Made by a program: the position numbers and the translations under genes. DNA of 13,509 nucleotides from Minisyncoccota bacterium (GTDB lineage Bacteria; Patescibacteriota; Minisyncoccia; Minisyncoccales; GWA2-38-27): contig JAQVFW010000014.1 of NCBI GenBank assembly GCA_028697015.1, positions 1 through 13,509 of the forward strand, read 5' to 3'. Of the stretch, positions 7,303 to 13,509 are shown piece after piece. Numbering within the stretch: the first letter of the stretch is position 1; each line of letters begins with the position of its first letter. Below the pieces are notes generated by a model. The model searched no databases, had not been told where the DNA came from, and was given only the letters and a program-made list of their open reading frames with translations.

Positions 7303-7347
7303 ATTTCTCCATGATACCCGCAAGAAAAGAAAAGTCAAGACAATTTT

Positions 7348-8205
7348 ATGGAAATCTTAAAAATACTGTGTTATTATAAAAAAATGGGAAACAAAATTAA
7401 AAAAGAGCTCCAAGGGAAAAAACCTCTTAAAAAAATGGGGCAGAACTTTCTCTTGAATAATTTTGCTATTAAAAAAATAGTGGAAACTGCAAAAATAAAA
7501 AGGAACGAAACAGTTTTGGAAGTTGGTCCCGGAACAGGAATTCTTACCGAAGAACTTTTAAAGACAGGTGGAAAAATAATAGCCGTTGAAAAGGACAAAC
7601 AGCTTTGCTCTCTTTTAATAAAAAAATTCAAAGGAATAAAAAATATTGAGATTGTAGAAGAAGACATATTGGAATTTAATATTGATTTTCTTCCTCAAAA
7701 CTACAAGGTTGTAGCGAATATTCCTTATTACATCACTTCTTTTTTTATAAGAAGATTTTTAGAGAGTAAAAACAAACCCAAAAAGATGGTTTTGACCATT
7801 CAAAAAGAAGTTGCAAACAGAATCTGCGCAAATCCCCCAAATATGAGTCTTCTTTCTGTTTCCGTCCAATATTATGCCAAACCAAGATTGATAATGAAAA
7901 TATCAAAAAATTCTTTTTGGCCAAAACCGAAGGTTGATAGCGCAATTATTAAAATAACTCCTTTTCTTTTGCCTAAGGAAGAAAAAACTGATTATTTCTT
8001 TAAAGTGGTAAAGGCAGGTTTTTCTCAACCAAGAAAACAAATTATAAACAATCTTTCAAAAGAGCTTAATGTCCCTAAGGATAAAACAATAGAATTGCTT
8101 TTGAAAAACGGATTTAGCCCTAAAAAAAGACCGGGAGATTTCAGTATTGAGGATTGGATGAAATTAACAAACTGTTTTAATTCTGATAATTTACTATTGC
8201 TATAA
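7348..8205 (+). CDS. rsmA: 16S rRNA (adenine1518-N6/adenine1519-N6)-dimethyltransferase RsmA/KsgA
   Basis: KsgA signature GQNFLLNNFAIKKIVETAKI...LEVGPGTGILTEEL (SAM-binding motif I) and NIPYYITS (motif IV, NxPY). Length is typical (~285 aa). The start is uncertain between 7348 and 7384 because conserved homology begins at ~K..MGQNFL. It is arranged divergently from the M23 gene. Confidence 0.9.
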   Translation: MEILKILCYYKKMGNKIKKELQGKKPLKKMGQNFLLNNFAIKKIVETAKIKRNETVLEVGPGTGILTEELLKTGGKIIAVEKDKQLCSLLIKKFKGIKNIEIVEEDILEFNIDFLPQNYKVVANIPYYITSFFIRRFLESKNKPKKMVLTIQKEVANRICANPPNMSLLSVSVQYYAKPRLIMKISKNSFWPKPKVDSAIIKITPFLLPKEEKTDYFFKVVKAGFSQPRKQIINNLSKELNVPKDKTIELLLKNGFSPKKRPGDFSIEDWMKLTNCFNSDNLLLL

Positions 8206-8224
8206 AAATATATATTAGTATAAT
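8197..8224 (+). promoter_or_regulatory. candidate sigma70-like promoter (TTGCTA -35, 16-bp spacer, TATAAT -10) 11 nt upstream of the ATG of the 811-aa membrane protein gene, implying a very short or leaderless 5' UTR
   Basis: -35 TTGCTA at 8197-8202 and -10 TATAAT at 8219-8224. The ATG is at 8236 and no Shine-Dalgarno sequence lies between them. AT-rich background means the false-positive risk is high. Confidence 0.3.
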
Positions 8225-8235
8225 ATTATAAGAAT

Positions 8236-10671
8236 ATGTCTTTGTTTAAAAACAACCTAAAAAGGAGAAAACTTTTAACATTTGTTTCTTTTTTTATTTT
8301 TTCTTTTATATTTTTTACTCCCCTTATTGCAAAAGGATTTGATCTTGGAATAGGAGAGGCCTTTGATACTTTTACAAGATATCTTTTAAGCTTGGTGCTA
8401 ACTATACCTCTTTTTTTTATTGGAATTATTCTAATGATACTCGTTTTGTTAGCCCAGCTTCTTGCTCTTTTAACAAGATCCATATTGATACTTGTGATGA
8501 GTCCCTACTTTATATCATGGAGTTATACTCAGCCTGCAACAAATCCGATAATAAGCCAAGGACTGCTGGTTACTCAAAGCTTAATGAATATGATTCTTGT
8601 TTTAGCCCTTCTTTATATAGGAATTGTGACAATACTTGGACTTGAAAGCTATAACACAAAGAAACTACTTATAACTTTTATAGTTATAGCTCTTCTTGTA
8701 AATTTTGCTCCCGTAATTACCGGACTTATTGTTGACCCTTCTAATATATTGATAAGATACTTTGTTACTCAAATTCCAGGAGGAGACGGAGGATTTATAA
8801 GCCGTACAGTTACCGCTCATAATTCTATTTTAGGAGGATTTTCACATATGGAAAATATTTGGGATGCTCTCAAAGGAGGCCTTCTTTTGACAACTGCCGG
8901 AATGGTGTTTAGAGCATCCGGACTTTTGATAGTTTATCTTCTTATTTCCCTAGCTTATCTTGGATTTATCGTCATTTTCACGGCAAGATATTTTGCAATT
9001 TGGCTACTTGTAATTTTGTCTCCTATTGCTTTTGTCTGCTATATCCTCCCTGAAACCCAAGGGATAGCAAGAAAATGGTGGAATGCTTTTATACAATGGA
9101 CCTTTATCGGAGTAACTGGGGCTTTTTTTCTTTATCTTGCCGAAGGATTTGCCATGATGAACCCCGCTTTAATTTATAGCTCCCTTACAATCCCTCAAGG
9201 AGGCGGATTTCTTTTATTAAGAGATCTTGTTGCACTCTTGGCTCCTGCTTTATTTGGAGTAATGCTCGCAATAATAGGACTAATGGTATCAGTATCAACA
9301 AGTGCTATAGGAGCTCAAATGGTACTTGGCGTTTCAAAAAAATATGGGAAAGCAGGAGCAATAAAAGGAGGAAAGTTTTTGACAAGGAGCATTCCTTCTG
9401 GATTGAAAGAACAAATGGCAAAGCAAACAAAAACCACCCTGCCTGGATTTGAAGGAAAAAGCGGAGGAGGTAAATTTGCTACAGGACTAGGATATGCAAC
9501 AGGTGTTATTCCTGCATATTGGGCAACGCGTAAAGCGGTAGGAGCAGCAGGAGTAGTATTAAAAGAAACAGAAAAAAAAGACAGAGCTCAAGCAAAAGAA
9601 AAATATAAAGGATCAACAATTGAAAAGAAAATGCAAGGAGTAAATTCTCCTTTTGAAAAAGAAAGAACAGCAGCACTTGTTATGGCAAATGAAGAGGGAA
9701 ATATAGGAGAAATGAAGAAAAAATACGGTCTTACAGATGATACGATAAAAGAGATTATAAAAGAAACAAGAGAACATTCCCCTGACGAATTTAAGAAGCT
9801 TAGAAAAACGATGCCTCAATATGCCAAAGAGCTGGTTTCCGACGATGAGCTTGCTCAAAAAGTTACAGATAAAGAAATTAAAGAACGTCTTGACAGTTCT
9901 TATGGAATAACAGACAAAGATGAGGTAGATAAAATACTTAAAGATGAAGAAGAAAGAAACAGAATTGCCAGAGAAGTTATTGATGATAAATTTCCGGATG
10001 AAAAAGACAAAGACAGAGCTAAACTTGATATAATTATAAGTCAGGTAAAAAAGAGCGATGTTGAATCTTGGTCTTCTGATGTTTTTGATGATGAAGAAGT
10101 AGTAAAAAGCATTTTAGTAAATGCAAAAGTTCAAATTATACCTGAAATAGCTGAAAATTTTGGAGAAAAAGCTCGCGAAAAGATACAAGAACAAGTAGAT
10201 TCTGGAGCAGAAATAAGCGCAAGTATGCATAGTTATCTTACGTCAAATGCAGGAAGAGCAATTTTCCCTATTGAAAATATACCACCTAGAACAACTTCAA
10301 CATCCAGTACACCCTCTACGCCATCTGGCTCAACTCCTTCAACACCTAGCACACCCTCTACGCCATCTGGTCCAACTCCTTCAACACCTAGTACACCCTC
10401 TACGCCATCTGGTCCAACTCCTTCAACACCTAGTACACCCTCTACGCCATCTGGCTCAACTCCTTCAACACCTAGCACACCCTCTACGCCATCTGGTCCA
10501 ACTCCTTCAACACCTAGTACACCCTCTACGCCATCTGGTCCAACTCCCCGAACAAGAGGAGGATATACACCCTCTACGCCATCTGGTCCAACTCCTTCAA
10601 CACCTAGTACACCCTCTACGCCATCTGGTCCAACTCCCCGAACAAGAGGAGGATATGGAAAAAATCCATAA
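8236..10671 (+). CDS. large polytopic membrane protein (~9-11 TM helices in the first ~365 aa) with a charged cytoplasmic-like central domain and a C-terminal Pro/Thr/Ser tandem-repeat tail; TrbL/VirB6-like topology (hypothesis)
   Basis: 2.4-kb ORF. N-terminal signal-anchor (LLTFVSFFIFSFIFFTPLIAKG), then many hydrophobic helices up to ~aa 365. Residues ~370-690 are K/E/D-rich and hydrophilic. Residues ~690-811 are TPSTPS(G/S)PTPSTPS repeats with two PRTRGGY insertions, ending GGYGKNP. TAA stop, followed by a strong terminator. No LPXTG or other sortase signal. Confidence 0.75.
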   Translation: MSLFKNNLKRRKLLTFVSFFIFSFIFFTPLIAKGFDLGIGEAFDTFTRYLLSLVLTIPLFFIGIILMILVLLAQLLALLTRSILILVMSPYFISWSYTQPATNPIISQGLLVTQSLMNMILVLALLYIGIVTILGLESYNTKKLLITFIVIALLVNFAPVITGLIVDPSNILIRYFVTQIPGGDGGFISRTVTAHNSILGGFSHMENIWDALKGGLLLTTAGMVFRASGLLIVYLLISLAYLGFIVIFTARYFAIWLLVILSPIAFVCYILPETQGIARKWWNAFIQWTFIGVTGAFFLYLAEGFAMMNPALIYSSLTIPQGGGFLLLRDLVALLAPALFGVMLAIIGLMVSVSTSAIGAQMVLGVSKKYGKAGAIKGGKFLTRSIPSGLKEQMAKQTKTTLPGFEGKSGGGKFATGLGYATGVIPAYWATRKAVGAAGVVLKETEKKDRAQAKEKYKGSTIEKKMQGVNSPFEKERTAALVMANEEGNIGEMKKKYGLTDDTIKEIIKETREHSPDEFKKLRKTMPQYAKELVSDDELAQKVTDKEIKERLDSSYGITDKDEVDKILKDEEERNRIAREVIDDKFPDEKDKDRAKLDIIISQVKKSDVESWSSDVFDDEEVVKSILVNAKVQIIPEIAENFGEKAREKIQEQVDSGAEISASMHSYLTSNAGRAIFPIENIPPRTTSTSSTPSTPSGSTPSTPSTPSTPSGPTPSTPSTPSTPSGPTPSTPSTPSTPSGSTPSTPSTPSTPSGPTPSTPSTPSTPSGPTPRTRGGYTPSTPSGPTPSTPSTPSTPSGPTPRTRGGYGKNP
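10309..10656 (+). repeat. near-perfect tandem array of 42-bp units (acaccctctacgccatctgg[c/t][t/c]caactccttcaacacctag[c/t]) with higher-order periodicity, inside the 3' end of the 811-aa CDS
   Basis: Full units at 10309, 10351, 10393, 10435, 10477 and 10567. Truncated 29-bp units followed by the 19-bp insert ccgaacaagaggaggatat lie at 10519 and 10609. Units 1 and 4 carry ggctca (Gly-Ser); the others carry ggtcca (Gly-Pro). This gives a 126-bp super-repeat (10309-10434 = 10435-10560 except for the end of unit 6) and an exact 90-bp duplication (10477-10566 = 10567-10656). Confidence 0.95.
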
Positions 10672-10688
10672 CATTTTTTAAAAAACAA

Positions 10689-10717
10689 AAAAGGAGTCAA
10701 AGACTCCTTTTATTTTT
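10689..10717. terminator. bidirectional intrinsic terminator between convergent genes (811-aa membrane protein gene and SPFH gene 1)
   Basis: aaaaaaggagtc-aaa-gactcctttt: an 8-bp stem (aaggagtc/gactcctt, 10691-10698 and 10702-10709) with a 3-nt loop. T-runs follow on both strands (plus: ttatttttag; minus: ttttttgtttttt). Confidence 0.75.
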
Positions 10718-10724
10718 AGAAAAA

Positions 10725-11774
10725 TCATTCTTCCGAAACTGAACGAAGTCCTTTTCTAAGAGCTTCCTGTAAACCAGGAATAGCCTGGACAACCATGCTA
10801 GCAGGAAGTGGGCTTTTTTCCATCGCCTCTAATATTCTAACAAGACTTCCTGTGTCTTCAAAATCTCTTATTGTAGCAAAAACCCTTTTAATTCTTTCAA
10901 CTTCAGCATCAGCATCAATAACTGTCGCTCTTTTTCGCATTTCTGCAAGATAAGGAGCTAATGTATTTTCTCTATACTCAGGAGGAGGATCTAATTCTTT
11001 AATTTGAATTTTTCGGACTTTAATTCCATATTCCTTTTCAAACTCGTCAAGAATCCCGGCACATAAAGTGAAAATATCATCACCCATATTACTTATTTCC
11101 GTTATCCATTCTCCATACTCTTTTTGGGTAATAAAATTTCTCACTTCCGGCTTAAGACGATTAATTAATGTTTCGAGCCAATTTTGGACTCTAAAAAGAG
11201 CACGATAAGGATTAATTATTTTAACTGTTAATTTAAGCTCTACTTTAAGAGGAAGAAGATTTTTATCTTCTGCTCTGTCTAAACCCGCCCAGTAAACATC
11301 TTCCTTAAGAAGAACGTAATCTAGTGTTCTTTTTGGATGATAAACTACTTTTTCTTGTTGGTTTATCCCTGACCACTCAAAACCATAGCCATAAATATCC
11401 CATAGTGGCCAAAATCCATAAAATCGCAATCCACCAAAGAGATGACTTTCTGATCCTTCTTTAACATTCCATTTATCATCTCCTGAATCAAAATAGGAAA
11501 AAGTTCTACCTTCCCATTGAATAAGAGCTTTTTCAAATTTGTCCGCTTTGACAATAACTTTTGCCGTTCCTTCATTAACAAAAGTAAAAAAAAGATTATT
11601 TGGTGCTAAAAAGAAAAAAATAACAAGAAAGATATAGGTAGGGCAACTTAAGAAAATACTTAAGATTATAGCCCAACCTAAAAAATTTCCAACCATAATT
11701 CCTAAAAAAATAGAAGAAAAAATAATTGCAATCAACCCAAAAAGGGAAAGAAAAATTTTCAAAAGAATCATCAT
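10725..11774 (-). CDS. SPFH/band-7 (stomatin/prohibitin/HflKC-like) domain membrane protein, paralog 1
   Basis: N-terminal TM helices (MMILLKIFLSLFGLIAIIFSSIFLGIMVGNFLGWAIILSIFL...). The SPFH-like core begins VNEGTAKVIVK. The C-terminal part (IKVRKIQIKELDPPPEY...LAEMRKRATVIDADAEVERIKRVF) resembles the conserved SPFH segment (V.I.DI.PP..V..AM...AER.RRA.I..AEGE). The start was reassigned to ATGATG at 11774 or 11771, which is preceded by a GGAGG Shine-Dalgarno sequence at 11784-11780. The ORF-track start at 11852 would overlap the promoter -35. Confidence 0.65.
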   Translation of the reverse strand: MMILLKIFLSLFGLIAIIFSSIFLGIMVGNFLGWAIILSIFLSCPTYIFLVIFFFLAPNNLFFTFVNEGTAKVIVKADKFEKALIQWEGRTFSYFDSGDDKWNVKEGSESHLFGGLRFYGFWPLWDIYGYGFEWSGINQQEKVVYHPKRTLDYVLLKEDVYWAGLDRAEDKNLLPLKVELKLTVKIINPYRALFRVQNWLETLINRLKPEVRNFITQKEYGEWITEISNMGDDIFTLCAGILDEFEKEYGIKVRKIQIKELDPPPEYRENTLAPYLAEMRKRATVIDADAEVERIKRVFATIRDFEDTGSLVRILEAMEKSPLPASMVVQAIPGLQEALRKGLRSVSEE

Positions 11775-11785
11775 TCCAACCTCCT

Positions 11786-11856
11786 TAATTTTCAAGGTTC
11801 CAACTAAAAAAGTTCTAATTAAAAATATAGCACTTCTTTTTGTTTTTGTCAAATTT
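11786..11856 (-). repeat. copy 1 of a ~70-bp direct repeat (second copy 13069-13138, ~97% identical) immediately upstream of SPFH gene 1
   Basis: Plus-strand aattttcaaggttccaactaaaaaagttctaattaaaaatatagcacttcttttt(g/a)tttttgtcaaatt occurs at both loci. Confidence 0.9.
11824..11852 (-). promoter_or_regulatory. sigma70-type promoter within repeat copy 1: -35 TTGACA (11852..11847), 17-bp spacer, -10 TATATT (11829..11824), driving SPFH gene 1
   Basis: The minus-strand reading is aaatTTGACAaaaacaaaaagaagtgcTATATTtttaattagaac. It has a consensus -35 and exact 17-bp spacing. A leader of ~40 nt reaches the GGAGG Shine-Dalgarno sequence and the ATG at 11774. Confidence 0.5.
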
Positions 11857-11909
11857 TTATTGTAATTATTATATTAAATAAAAAATATAGCTTTATATAT
11901 ATTTTAAAA

Positions 11910-11932
11910 GCCCTTCTCTAAAAGAGGAGGGC
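11910..11932 (-). terminator. intrinsic terminator downstream of SPFH gene 2 (separates the two SPFH genes)
   Basis: Minus-strand gccctcctc-tttta-gagaagggc: a 9-bp stem including one G-U pair, followed by ttttaaaatatat. It lies 16 nt after the TAA stop of the 11948-12862 CDS. Confidence 0.5.
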
Positions 11933-11947
11933 ATAATTTTTTCTTTT

Positions 11948-12862
11948 TTATTTGCCTAAAATTTTATTAATAGCATCAACTATTTTAGGATCTGCAAGAA
12001 CTTCTATAATTTTAGGAGAAATACTTACCTCTTTTATTTTTTTAGAAACAGTTCCTTTTTCTGTTTGAATAAGCTCAATAGCTTCAGAAGTAGATAAATT
12101 TCCTTCTTCCTTATATTTTTTAATAAAGTCAGCAATCTGTTTTAATTCTTTTTTTTCAATATCTATTTTAATCCCTTTGACTACTGATAATTCCGCCACT
12201 TTTGCAAATTCTCCAACAAAGCGCAATCCCGTGATATTTATCTGATTAATTTTAACTCCAAGTCCTTCATGAATAATACATCCCTTCCCTTGAATTACAT
12301 TTCTAACCTCTTTATCTCCAACTTCATTGCCACAGATAATCTTTAGTATAGAACTAATAGCACTATTTCCAGCATCCCCTAATTTTTTATAATTAAATGA
12401 CCTTGACCAGGATGTTATATTTCCATGAATAATGCTCTCAATTTCTTTTTTAACTCCTTTTTCTCCTCCACTGTTTAAAAAATTAATCAACAAAGGAGGA
12501 TCATAACAAGGAGTCCAAGTAATTGATATTTCAATAATATGTTTTACATTATCAGAAGAATAAATTTGAATAGAAATAGTTTGTCTAGTAGCTAATATTT
12601 TTACTAAAAAAACATTGAAAATAACAGGGTTAAGTGGAACAAATCTCCATCCCTCATTAAGAATTTCTTCTTGTCTTTGTCCAAGAAAAACAAGAACTCC
12701 TTTATGAGGAGGATCTACCTGTATCATTACTATACTATTGTAAAAAAACAACAGTAAAAGAATTAAAAAGCTCAAAGCCCACCATCCAATAAAAAAAGAG
12801 GATATTATAGTTATCGCGACTATAAAAGCCGGAACTAAAAAAAGAAAAATGGTTCTACTCAT
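11948..12862 (-). CDS. SPFH/band-7-like domain membrane protein, paralog 2
   Basis: Two N-terminal TM helices (IFLFLVPAFIVAITIISSFFIGWWALSFLILLLLFF). The SPFH-like segment begins VDPPHKGVLVFLGQRQEEILNEGWRFVPLNPV (cf. the SPFH N-terminal strand V.EGE.GVV.RFGK....PG..F..P). Its architecture is like that of the upstream paralog. The start is set at ATG 12862 (MSRTIFL), which is preceded by an AAGGAG Shine-Dalgarno sequence with a 6-nt spacer. Confidence 0.55.
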   Translation of the reverse strand: MSRTIFLFLVPAFIVAITIISSFFIGWWALSFLILLLLFFYNSIVMIQVDPPHKGVLVFLGQRQEEILNEGWRFVPLNPVIFNVFLVKILATRQTISIQIYSSDNVKHIIEISITWTPCYDPPLLINFLNSGGEKGVKKEIESIIHGNITSWSRSFNYKKLGDAGNSAISSILKIICGNEVGDKEVRNVIQGKGCIIHEGLGVKINQINITGLRFVGEFAKVAELSVVKGIKIDIEKKELKQIADFIKKYKEEGNLSTSEAIELIQTEKGTVSKKIKEVSISPKIIEVLADPKIVDAINKILGK

Positions 12863-13068
12863 TTCTATCTCCTTTTCTTTCGACTTTGTTGTGTTCACTA
12901 AATTTTAAATTGGTAATAACAGAGAAATAAAATAATAAGAATAACAGCAATAAAAGGGAAATTTTAATAAAATCAACACTTTCTTTTAAATGCTGTTTTT
13001 TTTCTTTTATTAAGAAGATACCCTAAAAGGCGAATCTTATTATAATTTTCCATTCCTTTTCTCCATTG

Positions 13069-13138
13069 AATTTTCAAGGTTCCAACTAAAAAAGTTCTAA
13101 TTAAAAATATAGCACTTCTTTTTATTTTTGTCAAATTC
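13069..13138 (-). repeat. copy 2 of the ~70-bp direct repeat, carrying the same promoter (-35 TTGACA 13134..13129, -10 TATATT 13111..13106), ~240 nt upstream of SPFH gene 2
   Basis: See copy 1. The 17-bp spacer differs by one base. Downstream of it is a ~200-nt A/T-rich leader before the SPFH gene 2 Shine-Dalgarno sequence. Confidence 0.85.
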
Positions 13139-13194
13139 TAAAATTCAAAACAAAAACCCTCTTTAAAGGTAAAAAATCATTTTAAAAAGGAAAA

Positions 13195-13509
13195 TTATGC
13201 CAACTTTATAGGCATTAGAATATAAACAAAACTTTGATCTCCCACTGGCCTTATTACGCCCGGTCCTGAATCACCACTAAATTCAAAAATAATTTCAGAA
13301 CTTTTGATAAGAGAAATTCCATGTATTAAAAATTTATGATTGAATGATATTTCCACATCTTCTCCTTGAACATCTGCATTTATTTGAGAAACATATTCAC
13401 CAGTATCGCTGTTTTGGCTTAAAATCTCAATTTGCTTTTTTTTCTTACTTATTTTTATTTTAACTTCTCCTGTTTTTCCGCTGAAAATCCCAGCTCCTTT
13501 GATTTGATT
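13195..13509 (-). CDS. dnaN: DNA polymerase III beta subunit (sliding clamp), C-terminal fragment (5' part outside the window)
   Basis: The frame is open to the window edge. Translation ...ISFNHKFLIHGISLIKSSEIIFEFSGDSGPGVIRPVGDQSFVYILMPIKLA* matches the conserved DnaN C-terminus (FNxKYLLD...L.F.G...P.....L[M/L]P[M/V][R/K]). TAA stop at 13195-13197. It was not in the ORF track because it has no start codon inside the window. Confidence 0.85.
   Translation of the reverse strand, partial: NQIKGAGIFSGKTGEVKIKISKKKKQIEILSQNSDTGEYVSQINADVQGEDVEISFNHKFLIHGISLIKSSEIIFEFSGDSGPGVIRPVGDQSFVYILMPIKLA

Noticed and set aside
7303-7338. TTG-initiated 12-codon N-terminal extension of the M23 peptidase ORF
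   Set aside because: The codon at 7338..7336 is TTG, not ATG. The in-frame ATG at 7302 has a GGAG Shine-Dalgarno sequence 4 nt upstream and leaves a plausible 80-bp divergent promoter region shared with rsmA.
7374-8483. Minus-strand ORFs 7374-7667, 7745-7945, 8226-8483, and 9613-9858, 11363-11581
   Set aside because: They are antisense or nested within rsmA, the 811-aa membrane protein gene, or SPFH gene 1. They are low-complexity or lack motifs.
10309-10656. CRISPR array
   Set aside because: The 42-bp units are directly abutting with no spacers. They are in frame within a CDS and encode a Pro/Thr/Ser linker. No cas genes are present.
10233-10700. ORFs on the alternative frame and strand across the 42-bp repeat array (155 aa minus, 144 aa plus), with repetitive GVEGVLGVEGVGPDG / HPLRHLVQLLQHLV translations
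   Set aside because: They are periodic artefacts of the tandem repeat, which keeps every frame open. The plus-strand frame continuing from the 811-aa protein is the only one with upstream coding context. The minus ORF would also run through the terminator hairpin.
11775-11852. Long N-terminal form of SPFH gene 1 starting at 11852 (MTKTKRSAIFLIRTFLVGTLKIKEVG...)
   Set aside because: The extension is encoded by the duplicated 70-bp promoter element itself (the -35 TTGACA overlaps the proposed start codon). Its second copy upstream of SPFH gene 2 is clearly non-coding. The internal ATGATG at 11774 has a perfect GGAGG Shine-Dalgarno sequence.
12973-13066. Tiny ORFs in the SPFH gene 2 leader (8-aa MEKRNGKL and 26-aa MENYNKIRLL...)
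   Set aside because: They are too short to call as genes from sequence alone. The 26-codon one is kept only as a possible uORF in the finding on the SPFH pair.
13139-13194. Terminator after dnaN (cctttaaagg palindrome)
   Set aside because: The palindrome has no loop (ctttaaag is self-complementary with zero spacer), so no stable hairpin terminator can be supported.
1-13509. Alternative genetic code (UGA recoding as in some CPR lineages)
   Set aside because: Long ORFs (pnp, the membrane protein gene, rsmA) are intact under the standard code, and every stop codon inspected is TAA. Nothing in the window requires recoding.

Overview
AT-rich (~30% GC) bacterial chromosomal segment with the gene content of a reduced genome, possibly Candidate Phyla Radiation (Patescibacteria)-like, though the phylum cannot be proven from sequence alone. 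Every stop codon I checked is TAA and there is no sign of stop-codon recoding. Most genes lie on the minus strand. From the right edge leftwards (minus strand): the C-terminal end of dnaN (beta clamp), so the window sits near the dnaA/dnaN (origin) region; two tandem SPFH/band-7-like membrane proteins, each preceded by a near-identical ~70-bp element carrying a textbook TTGACA-17-TATATT promoter; a LysM-LysM-M23 peptidoglycan endopeptidase; a small signal-peptide protein with two transmembrane segments (pilin-like topology); tRNA-Lys(CTT); then an rpsO - NYN-domain nuclease - pnp (polynucleotide phosphorylase) cluster; two lysine/glutamate-rich coiled-coil proteins (one with an in-frame 86-bp duplication, one tail-anchored); and a DksA/TraR-type zinc-finger protein. 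The plus-strand island holds rsmA/ksgA and an 811-aa membrane protein with 9-11 predicted transmembrane segments. Its hydrophilic C-terminal half ends in a DNA-level near-perfect tandem array of 42-bp units encoding TPSTPS(G)PTPSTPS with higher-order 126-bp and 90-bp structure. The most interesting candidates are that membrane protein with its variable repeat tail (TrbL/VirB6-like topology, hypothesis only), the NYN nuclease inserted in the rpsO-pnp operon, and the co-regulated SPFH pair. Many short F/L/S-rich plus-strand ORFs in the track are antisense artefacts of purine-rich minus-strand genes.
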